64,000 bases of DNA from Ramazzottius varieornatus (taxonomy: Eukaryota > Animalia > Tardigrada), in contig BDGG01000014.1 of assembly GCA_001949185.1 (NCBI GenBank), forward strand, positions 1,147,378-1,211,377, in the 5' to 3' direction. The notes under the pieces are model-generated. The model was not told where the DNA came from and searched no databases. It saw only the letters and a list, made by a program, of their open reading frames with translations. This document shows positions 1 to 11,098 of the stretch, one piece after another (position 1 is the stretch's first letter; each line of letters begins with the position of its first letter). Both the position numbers and the translations under genes were made by a program.

Positions 1-1196
1 TTATCATGATAGGGGCTATCCCCCAAGATAACGCGCCGACTCGCGTGCAAGAGGGTTGGGTTCGATTCTGCAAAGATCGCTCTTTAGTTTTCCAACAAGC
101 CATAATAGTCACTTCGTAGTGCTCTTCAACCCAAAATGCACGTTCATCAAAGGTAGACCCATCTAGCGTAATTATCGGGGGGGGGGGGGCGAGAANNNNN
201 NNNNNNNNNNNNNNNNNNNNNNNNNNNNNNNNNNNNNNNNNNNNNGGGGGGGGGGGGGGCGAGAATACTTGGCCACAGGCCGAAAGCAGCAACGCTTCGA
301 TTGATCGTCAGTTAAGCCGGGAGATACCGCCTTCGGCCGGTGGCCAGAAGTTTGTTCGCCGCCAATAATTATGCCGGGCGCGTGTACGAAGCTTGCCTGC
401 AGTCTTGTCATTAAAATAGGAACGAAGTACAGATGGAAGCATAAGAAGGAATGAAAGCATCAGAAGGACCGTCGGGACACATCTTGATAGCCCAACCCTG
501 TCCTCTTTGTTCGTCTGACCACCAGGCAACTGCATGTGCGTGCTTGAGGCTGCCGATTTTGCTGGACTTATCATATCACATACAGCCTAGGTGTACAAAG
601 AAGACGGTCTCGACGAAGGCAATTACACGTCGAGGATTTCATGGCCGCGAGAGAAAAACCTGCGCCCGCAGCAATAGATATTGGGAAAAGGTCGGCGTTT
701 GCCGGCATCCAGAAGAACTTTACACATCGATAAACAAGGAATCCCATGAAGGTTTGTTAATAGCCGTTTACTCATCATGCCAACGTGGTGTTTTGATTTG
801 AACACAGCTTTTTTCAGACTCTTTCTATGGATGCTGTCCAACGCCCGGTGGACTAAATCGATACGACCAGAAGTACAGCTCTTCAAAAATCTGTTCTGCA
901 CACGTTAGGAGAGCCTCTACGCCGGAAAAGCCAAAGTGTTCTGTAACAAGAAGAGCATGCCGGAAAAAATGAGCTCGAAAAATCGGCAGAAACGACAAAA
1001 TAACAGGCAACTAAAGTGATGCCATCGACATCCGGGTGTTCCGCTAGCGTGAGTCATTCTAAATGAGATCCGTTATCAAAGTGCAACTCCGTATTAAATG
1101 TTAATTTCAAGATTTCTGGTTCAAATTTCACACGAAACATCGTTTTGATCAGTCTTCTATTCATTTTAAACGTAGTCTCTATTTTAACAGAGAGGA

Positions 1197-4100
1197 ATGA
1201 TTTCGGTATCAACGATCCAGGCAGAAACTATTGGACGAATTTCTGCTGGGCAGCAGCCGCAAATGGGCATCTCTACCTTCGTCGGTATGGCTGAGCAGTC
1301 TTTTGGCGGTGACGAGTCCGTTTGTCTTCCGTCTCACCATCGGGATCCTTTTGCCTCCTACATAAAGGAGAAAGACAGATGGAAATGGTTAGCTTACCGT
1401 CCGACATATGGCGCTGTGTATTGTTACCATTGCTTCGATCACTGGGCTGACCATCCTCAGGACAAATCCGTCCGCCGCAAAACCTGGTGTAACTTTTTTG
1501 GGGTCTACGCGAACCCAAGTACTCGTGCGGCACACAGACAGAAAGTCCGTCGGGATAGAGTCCTTCGGCATGAGAAAACACCCACACACACCATGTGCAC
1601 CGAGAGAGATAAAAGGAACATAGTTCGCGGATCTCTGGGTGGTTGACGAAACCATGAGACTGGAGCAAGAAATATGCCTCCACTGTTAAAGTGTTCGATC
1701 TAGCCTACACTGAAGCCTCTTTCTACGTATCTTATGCATCTCATGCGGTGCGGAATTGAACCAAGTTAGAAGATACGGCGTCGATATAGGAGACTCGCAC
1801 ATGTCGCGGTGGGCAGCTGGAAAAATCGCGACTCACATCAGCATGAAGATGCGCTATATGCTGGTGGCGTGGCTGATGAAGACACAGCCATATTTCGGTG
1901 TGATGATCAACGAGTCCACTGACCGAGGTGGCTCGCAGAACCATATCATATACATTCGCGACGAGATCGTTGAAGACCCAGTGTCGTTCTTTCGGGGACT
2001 AGTCAAGTTGAGAAAGACCACCAGCACTGCAGAAATGACTGACGCACCACTGGATGATTTAATCGCGTCACAGGCAAATAACTGGTTGGGTCTCAAGCGA
2101 GACTACATGGTCAGGAAGTGGGTTAGGTTCGCAACTGACGGTGCGTCGGCACTAACCGGAATTAACGGAGTGGCTAACAGACTTGCGGAATAATTCACAC
2201 TCATAATATCCACTCACTGCGTTGCCCATCGTCTACAGCTCACTGTTGTCGACACGATAAAAGAGACAAGCTATTTCATCAAATTCGAGGATGCAGTCCG
2301 TGATATTTACTCGTACTACTTCAGGTAAGAAAAGTGGTAGCACAAACGTTCTCACTGCTTTCATGTAGAAGATTGGTGAACAGGCTCACGAACGTACAAA
2401 TAAGCAGAAAAACTCGAGTTCCCTAGTTCCCGAGTTTATATCTAACCAAGGAGAGGCGCACAGTTCCATTATGGCCGATGACTTATCTGCACACGCAATG
2501 GTGTGGGGACCGGCTACGCACACGACTACTATGGAATTGTCCACCGCACAGTGGTTGACTGTAGAGTTAGAGGAGTGAGACCCTAGAGGGCATCCCTGTG
2601 TGTTTGGCGTCCATCGATAACGATGGCCGCGCCGCACTTCGCATAACACAGCACAGGCCCATGGTTCATTCAATGATGGAGGAATAGTCGAAGAGCGCCG
2701 TATGGTATCCCCATTTAGCTATGGAAACTAAGTATATACGGTGGCAATAATGTACACTATCGTTTCATACCGATTCCCTCTATTGGGGAACGTAGTAACA
2801 TTCGGAGAAATCAGAAATGGGTTGTTGAGGCTATCTAAAGGTGGAGACCGTTAACAGTGAATGCTGAGGAAGAGCCACGAGCATATGGCTTCAATAGTGG
2901 TCTCTGTCGTATAAGTGCCAATTCCACATAATCATATAGGAAACACAATACGTATATCACTGTGGGTCCTTCTGGCATTAAGTCGTTGCCCATTTGGCCA
3001 CGTTCTGTAATCACATGAAAGCATAGTTTAAGTTCTACCGAGGGCTCCCCAGACGTGCGTTATGGGTATCACCCTCAAACAATACTCCCATTAAAAGTGC
3101 TTCCTTTCCGTAACGAATCAGGAACACCTTCAGGTGGCCTTGGAACAATCTGCAAACATTCGATAACTCATAAATGTGTGCCGTTAGCGCGGGCAAAAGT
3201 ACGATAAATTTACGATATTTTTCGATACCAAATCAGCGGATATTTCATTACGGTCTTCGATGTTTATTCGATATCGACATTTCGCTACGATATTTTTCCG
3301 ATACCGTGTTTTCAATTTATCGTATCATATCGCAGCGATATATCGGTATTCCTAAAATTTTAGTTTTTCGGGATTCCACTGGTTCAAGCCCAAAAACTCA
3401 GGAAACCGATTTCTACATAAAGAATTAGTAAGCTCGAAAGCTTCGGATGCACCAAAGACATTACTATACCAACACTTTAGAAACATGGAAACCTGGACAG
3501 AATTAGTACCAGAACCGAATGAGCGGAGTGTGCCCGGTACACCCTGGCCAAAATCAAGTCTTCGAAATCAACCATGGTCTTCCTTAAACGAGATATCACT
3601 GGCGAGTTTGCCGTTCAGCAAAATACCGATATATCGATAGTATATCGATATGGCGCGATACGATGTCGCCGAATATTCTATTGCGTTATTCGATATGCGC
3701 TTCATATGGATACGATATCTTCCGCATATTTTATCGCAAAGATTTGATATTTTTCGATACGATATCGATATACCGTATCGTTGCCAGCACTATGTGCCGT
3801 GTTATTTGAGGTTCAGCTCGACCATGATCTTCGCCCACATGCACCTCATAACTATTAAACGTAACATATCAACTCAATTCCTCCTAACTCTTCATTTTCC
3901 TCAAGGTCTCCTTGCTGAGCTACCCAAATTATCGGCGAGGTTTCAGAGAGAAGATTACCGGTTGTTCGACTTACATGACACCCTGGAAGAGTTCGTCAAG
4001 GTACTGAACAGTGGGAAGCATAACGAGTCTGTCACGACGCTGAAGGACAGAATCAAGTTTCAACATGATCTAGTCTTCTTTCATGAGCGTCCAGACACAA

Positions 4101-4868
4101 TTGGTACAGTAGTTAACGGTAAGACACAATTAATCGTGGCGATAACATCAAATACAGGCGAAGCCTTTCCCCCTCTTTTTTTACTGAAGACTACAACGGC
4201 AACTCTTTTACGGCTTTTCGCAAGGAGTCCGTGGACCTACTGCAAAATGTTCTCATATTCGTCAACTTGCGTATCTCCGAAACGGAAGCGACGAGACACT
4301 TCCGGGTGTTCCATTTGAACAAAATTCCTCGCCAGAACGGACGCTATGGCGATACGCACATACAAGTGCTGGCCCGATACTTTGGATTCAAACCGCTTAC
4401 CGTCCGAGCACGGATGAGTTTACAATAATATTCGAGCCAGTCTGCTGGAGAAAGGAAAACGCCATTCTCATGCACAACATTCTGCGTGAAAGACACATCG
4501 TCTTCGAAGACGAAGACTCGGAGCTGGAACAGCTGTTTGTTGTCGCGTCTGTTCTTCCGGTCAGTACGGCAATTTGCGAACGAGATTTCTCCATCCAGAA
4601 TTTAATCAAGACTATGCGTCGAACTCGACTGAACGAACGAAGCTTGATGCGCTCATCCATAAACGGGCCGCCGCCAGGAGAGATGGACTTCGTGAATAAC
4701 ATCATGACATGGATACGGTCTTTTCCTTCTGAGTGTAATCCACCCCAAATAAGCGCCGCTGATAGTGAGGATCTCCAAGAAATAGACTGGCAGCAGATAC
4801 TGACGCGATCTCCAGACAGCGTTCATAAGTCTAACTTCATACGCGGAAAATGGCCGAAGACGAGGTAG
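1197..4868 (+). pseudogene. Degenerate hAT-family transposase (TTF-type Zn finger, RNase H-like core, hAT dimerisation domain)
   Basis: ORF pieces: WKWLAY..VYCYHC..RHEKTPTH (Zn finger), YFGVMINESTD (usual DESTD Asp reads Asn), FATDGAS, in-frame TAA 2191-2193 followed by HCVAHRLQL (CxxH), and LPVSTAICERDFS..IKT..RTRL (dimerisation domain). Frameshifts, stops and an internal MITE. Element termini not identified. Confidence 0.85.
3185..3792. mobile_element. Non-autonomous hAT-type MITE inserted in the transposase relic
   Basis: Imperfect TIRs TAGCGCGGGCAA / TTGCCAGCACTA; perfect 8-bp TSD TGTGCCGT (3177-3184, 3793-3800); dense subterminal CGATA repeats at both ends. Confidence 0.9.
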
Positions 4869-6515
4869 GAGTGTTTTGGCCGTATTTGTTCATCTGAAGA
4901 CAACTAACAGTCTGTGAGACACTGTGCCTTTCCTTGTAGAGAGAAGCAGGATGGAGTGTCAACCGAATCTACTGAGGACCACTACGATGTACAAAACACA
5001 TCACTGTACAGTCTCCCCCTGGAATATTTTCTGAATTTTCCACTTGGAATTTCCGTCATATACCGGATTCGTGGCCAGGATCTGGAGTGAAAATTCATGG
5101 GAGATCACACAGCGATGTGTTTTGTAAACCGCACGGGGAAGGTCTTCACTCCAACATTCGCGCAGTCCTTTGTTTAAATTTTCCACGTACATAACTTAAC
5201 CTCCGCCAAATATTTGGTACATATATTGCACCAGTGTCACATACTATTCATCAATAACTATTACACTTCGAACTGTTGTAATTGTCCAAGTTTACTTGAT
5301 TTTCGCAATATGATACCACTCAAAATTCGCTCTCGTTACCGTTATCCTTGCAGTGTTTCTTCCGACCGGAATTGCTGCCCAGCATAACCGTAAGTTTGCC
5401 TGTAAGAGAAGGTTCTGCTTGTAGTCCACTTTACAGATGGTCGTAATTTAACATGGTTAGATCGTTCGTGACTTCCAATCAGTCCACACATATTGCCTAA
5501 GCTTGATTATTGAATGATCAAAAATCATGGATGGTATAGTTGCGTCAGCTTACAGCCATCAGTGAAGCTTCCTATACCCTTAAACATGTCTTGTTTCAGG
5601 CGGTAAGAACCGTATCCAGCCTACTACGGTAGCTGGCAATACGACTTCTCTACCGGAAGTGAAGCTGGAGGAAAGTGTCCGCTAATGTCCCGCTGCACCT
5701 CCATGCCCACCTTCGCCTCCATGCCCGGCTTTACCTTCCTGAACAGCTTTTCCTCCCTGCCCAACATACAACCGGACGGAGCCCGACCTGGAACATCGAC
5801 AGGAACGTGGTGCCAAGCATGGGGACACTGGTGACGAAAAGTGCCCCCCTCCGTCCGTGAAGACTTACTCGACGGTTGCCGGCGTGGAATTCGGCGCAGA
5901 AATATCATGCAACGGAACGTCGCCGGAATTTCTCCTTACCCTAGGACTGGGTTCGACAGGCATGCTGTTCTTCACGGCCATTGCTCTTGGCTACTTGCAG
6001 TATCTGTGAAAGAACTACCGATCAGCTCCAGCTGATTCGGCGGACATGGCGGAGAAAGGATGGAACACCAAAAAGGCACTGAACATCGTCAAACAGAAGC
6101 TGGGCCATCGCTGCCGAAACAGCTGGAGCTGATCGGTACGTTGAGTCGGGATACTGAATTTTCTTTTATTTCTTGACGTTTACCTTGTTGTTTTCCATAT
6201 CTGGACGGGGTCTTTCATTTTTGCGTGATACCGCGTTCGACGATAGATGTTCTATTGTTTTGTTCCCCTGACTGGACTTTTGTCCGCTTTGTACAGTTTT
6301 AATTTGTAAATGGTCACCCGACGTGTTGTCCTTCCCACTTCCGCTGCAGACGTAAGCAATCAAGAGCTTGATCATGCGTTTCGCTCTCCAGCAACGCGTG
6401 GTTCAGCAGCAAATCAGTGGTCTTATCTCTGTTCTTTGCCGATAAACGCTGTGTATCTCCTCCAAGTCTGACTTACTAACCGATAACACCATTTCGTGCT
6501 TGCGAGCGGACTGCG

Positions 6516-9500
6516 ATGTTTAAATCTCTGGGGAAGATACTCGGCAAAGGCGCCATGGATTTGGAGGACAAGAACGAAGCAGCCGAACACTCGAGCGAGC
6601 CCGGAGAAGACACCCAACCTGCTGCGTCGGATACTCTTTTGAAAGCTGCTGACGAGCGACCAACTTCTCCAGAGAAAGCGGTGCCGGAAGCTGTCTCTTC
6701 CAGCTCTGATACGACGCAGGTACGAGAAGTTCCGGAGGAGAGGACGACGTTGAATGGTGTTAAGCTTGAAGACATCAGTCGCCAATTGGAAGCAACCTCG
6801 ATCAGTCAATCAAGCGAAGTTTCGAAAGACGAAAGGCCGATCGAAGAAACTGTGTCCGAATCTACTTGCACGAAAACTGAGCCAGAAACTCCAGCTGTGG
6901 AAGTATCGGAACCTGTGGAAGACATACCAAAGCCTCGACCAAGAGCGGAAGATTTCTTCGAGAGCGAGACGAAAGTGAAGGAAGGGCAAGAGGAGGTAAA
7001 ACATGAAGAAAGAGTTCCATCTCGAAATTCCGCGCATTCTGAACGACAAAGCCACAAAGGAGAAGAAGAACCCGTGTCTGATAATCCTCTGAACCGATCA
7101 GCGGCTGAGGAAGAGATTCTGTCGTCGATTGAACACGTGGAAGACTGGGCTGAAGAGGAAAAAGAGGAGGTGGAAGAGGAAGAGGGTGAAGAAGAGCTGA
7201 ACGAAGAAGATGAAGAAGGCGACGAGGAGGACGATGACGAGGAGGACGAAACAACCGAGAAGGAAGTCGTGGACTTTGATCGTGATCGCCGCAACCCGCA
7301 GTTCATTCCACGAGGTAAGAAACAAAGCTTCTTACCAATGTGCTTCAGCTAAATCGATAACACAAAACCCTTGACTAGCTCGCGCATGACGTCATGGCAC
7401 TTTAAACCTACGCTAGCGAAATTTACAGCGGTTATAAATCGCATTGTTCATGACGTATGCGCGGCTTGACCTGGTGATTTGGTTGCTCGTTCGTCGCGCA
7501 TGGGGGCATACTCTGAAACACAGTTGATCAGTGACTTTGTGTATGCAGATGCATGAGGGATAAGTCCAGGTTTTTCTCCGTGTTAAATTTGATACTCGTA
7601 GGGTAAATCCTCCATTCGTTAATCTTCCGGTTCACGGTTTTTGTGTTTTTGCAGGCGGTGCCTACTATCTTCACGATGACCGACTGGAATCTTCAGAGGA
7701 CGATGAAACCAGCGAGACCGAAGCCGATGCCGAATCCAGTGGGGTGGAAGTTTCACAAGACAAGAAACCACAATCCAAAGTTCCCAAAAAAGTCAGTAAG
7801 ACTCCAACCAAAGAACGAACCCTGTCCCAGGTACAGAAGAAAGCAGTGAAAGGCAAGTTAGAAGGCGACAAGGCGACAGAAGCCGCAGCGGAAGGCGGAA
7901 CAGAAGGGCTGCCACAACAGCCTTCTTCTTCGACGTCGGCAAAGTCAAATGATAAATGGACCCACGATCTCTTCGATGCCGAAGCGCAACAAGGCCCGTC
8001 TTCTGGCGACCTACAGTCCCGATATGGCTACGACATCCGTGGAGACGACCATGCGCCTAGAGGGAAGCGCAATCGACGATATGCCCGGCCGAATGATCGT
8101 CAAGCTGGAGGTGGCTTCCGACGACGGGCAGGTTGGTCTTCTTCCACTTTTCTCCCCTTTTCTATATCGCTTGTCGTGGTTTTATCGACACCTGAGCTGC
8201 TGAGGCGGAAACAGTCGATCTGAAACTTGTAACCAACGGTCTAAAGAGCCATGGTGGTAATGTCGCGTACCTGTGTACATGGTAACCCTGTTATACTGAC
8301 ACAGTCGGGTATGCAAGTTCGTGATGAGTGTAGTGTCAAGTTTGTAACGGTTGGTTCTGTGATTCCAGGGGGTCGAGCGGGTCCAGAACGTCGTCTGGGT
8401 TCTACAAATACCCCTCGAGGCGGTGCTTCGAATGTCCAGGCGGATAATGAACACAGTCTGACGCCGACGAAAGCCGAGCAAGCCGGTCCGTCGACGAGCA
8501 ACCAGAATTCTCCAGCTCGGAACAACCCTCCTCCTCCGCAGAAGAACACTCCGCAGTCCACTAATCGTCCTTCCGTGGAACCTCGCCAACCCGTGCAGAG
8601 CCAGATTCAAGAGCGTTACCCGGAACGGTACCCTGAGCGGAAGAAAGTTGTGGAAAAGTACCCTGCGCCGTCGCGTCAGCGTCAGCCTCCACCGCAACGC
8701 GACTATCAGTACAGCTACCAACAGGACAACAACTATGGTTCTTCTGACCAGTACGACAACTCAAGCTCCGATCCCAATAATGCTAACGCCTTTCAGTCGA
8801 GAGTCTTCTTCGGTCGGGGACGCGGACGAGGTGGCGGTGCCGGCAGAACGCGCGGGCGTGGTGAGCGAATGGGACCTCCTCCTTCCCAACGACCGCTTTA
8901 CCGGTACGAAACTTGAGACTAAAATGGTCGAAGGTGGCCATCGGGAAGGTTTATAGTTTAAAAACATGGTTTCAAGTATTCGTCTGATGTGCGAAATTGC
9001 ATCGAACTGCATACACGTTGGCCATATTTGGGACTGAACCTGATGTATGCAGGTTGGGAGTGATGGCTGCCTTTGTGCTTGCTGCTCCCTGAAGGAGTTG
9101 TGGACGTGGCTTTCAGGCTATTTCTATTGCAGGGAGAACCGGTCTGGACTACCTACGAACAACTACAGCCAGCCGGACCTCCGCGAAACCATCGAGCAAA
9201 ACAGGATGGCGAACGCTCAACGAGGTGCCTCGCAGCCACAGCCCATTCCACAAGCCTCTTCGCAGCTTCCACGTGGTCCCACACAGTCACACTCCAACAT
9301 TCAAAACACACAAGGCCCTTACCAAAACTCAGCCGCAGCCCCGCCACCATCTAAACGATACTCTTCCCGAGGTGGCGCTCAGGCGACGGTTCCCTTCCGT
9401 GGTGGTCCGTCGCGTGGTAGCGGCCAGAAAGAGAACATAGGCCATGAGTCGGGTGATGTGCGAGCGCTGGGCAGTGGATATTCACAGCCATCCTACAGTC

Positions 9501-9661
9501 AGCGAGGTGGTCAGAATCAGGGATATGTCAATCAGTACGCCGCAGTGCCTCCTCCAAATTACGTCGACCCCAATGCAGGATACTACCCCTCGCCACAATA
9601 CTATGGTCCGCCGGCCACGCAACCATACTATCCAGACTATAACCAAGGCTATTATCAGTAG
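6516..9661 (+). CDS. CASC3: CASC3/Barentsz/MLN51 exon-junction-complex core subunit; exons approx 6516-7314, 7655-8130, 8369-8903, 9133-9661
   Basis: Acidic N-terminus; Btz/SELOR motifs DRDRRNPQFIPRG|GAYYLHDDR and KWTHDLF..QSRYGYDIR; RGG-rich and P/Q/Y-rich C-terminus; GT-AG junctions keep frame. Confidence 0.88.
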
Positions 9662-10173
9662 AATGAGGCTGTCCGCTGTTAAGACAATGTTCCTGCTTCT
9701 GTTTCAATATTCGTAAGCTCTTACTCGCCGCTGCACACCACATACACCAGTTAATATATTCCAAAGACGGGAAGCTGCTACACACCTTGCCGTGTGGAAG
9801 AGTCGTTGGAAGAAGCAGTTGGAATGCCAAGTGTAATATTTTAATCAGGTGAGAAGCGATTCCTGTGAAAACTGACAGCCCGATTTTAATGGGTTGCTGT
9901 CGTTTCAGGAATATCTGTATATTCGTAATTTTGGACTACGTCTTCTTTTCTACATGGAAGGAGACGCGGATGGCACCTCGACGGATATGATTGTTCTGTT
10001 CTTAAATCTGACGTAGTTTTCGCTGTTGGTTGTGACTTTTTACTTTGTTGTATTCAGGATAGTTTGTTGTTTTCACTTGTTTGCTTTTGTTTTCCATACC
10101 GACGACACTAACTACTGCACAGTTCTTGAAATTTATTGGCATCCTTTCCGTACAAAGTCAGTAATAATCCGTA

Positions 10174-10398
10174 CACGCGCCTGGCCTAAATGTGGGGATG
10201 GACGAAAATGTGGGGAACGGAGCGAAAGCGACTGTGCTNNNNNNNNNNNNNNNNNNNNNNNNNNNNNNNNNNNNNNNNNNNNNNNNNNGCGACTGTGCTC
10301 CGATTGATTTAGTTGATTGGTCAACCACAGCTGGCCCGTGTCGCTTTCGCTCCGTTCCCCACATTTTTGTCCATCCCCACATTTAAGCCAGGCACGTG
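10174..10398. mobile_element. Tc1/mariner-type MITE spanning an assembly gap
   Basis: About 60-bp near-perfect TIRs (CACGCGCCTGGCCTAAATGTGGGGATGGACGAAAATGTGGGGAACGGAGCGAAAGCGAC and its reverse complement ending at 10398), TA on both sides. Confidence 0.85.
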
Positions 10399-11098
10399 TA
10401 CTTGCCTTCTCCTAGACAAGTTCGCGCTCGTCGTTAACTCACAACAAGCCGCTCTGCCGATCTTCAAGATTTGCAAGATATGTACTAGTAAGCTTTTCAT
10501 GTCTGGCAAGGTAATAGAGAGTACTTGGAGCAGTCTTGAAGTATCCTGAAGGCTGGGCTGTAGGCCTTCCTAGAAGACTTTTTTTCTCGAAGGGCAGAAT
10601 ACTGTGAGAAGAATCGAAAAATCGCGCAAGGGAACAGACCGAACCGTTTCGAATCGTACCGTTCGCTTGGTTCGGAGTTGATCGTCGGGAGTAAAAATCA
10701 GGGCGGTTGAACGGTATTGATCTGTGCGATGTAGTCCTGTTTCAATTTAAGAGGTTCCATTCTCCGCTGCATCTGGCCTGTTCAGGATTCTAAAATAATT
10801 CAAGCGCATTTTGCTCCGTCGAAGTTGTTTCCAGGCCGCCATTACATCTCACGCAAAATTATCTTCGCCGTGTCGTCGAAAGTTGCGCAGGAGTAGAGCG
10901 CTCTGCTTGTACTCCAGCGATCTCCAAGCGCGCTTCCGCGAAGCACCGGATCGCCTTGCTGAAGGACGAGAAGCCGAACCAGCAGGCTGAAGGTAAGAGT
11001 TGTAAGACTAGAACTTGACAATGTTTCTCCTGTATTTGTATCTCTTTCTGTTGCGTTGCAGTAAAATATTGTTCCTAATCGAACTGAGAAGCAAGAGG

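Noticed and set aside
177-265. Apparent direct repeat of poly-G-CGAGAA around a 50-N gap (likewise GCGACTGTGCT around 10239-10288)
   Set aside because: Identical sequence on both sides of fixed 50-N gaps indicates unmerged overlapping contig ends, not a biological repeat.
5600-6140. Exon-like fragments (MAEKGWNTKKALNIVKQKLGHR) with splice-like signals
   Set aside because: Stops in all frames; faint resemblance to VHS or phosphatase helices is too weak to call.
6806-7325. Long antisense ORFs opposite CASC3 and other exons
   Set aside because: Shadow ORFs of low-complexity or GC-balanced coding sequence, with no family motifs.
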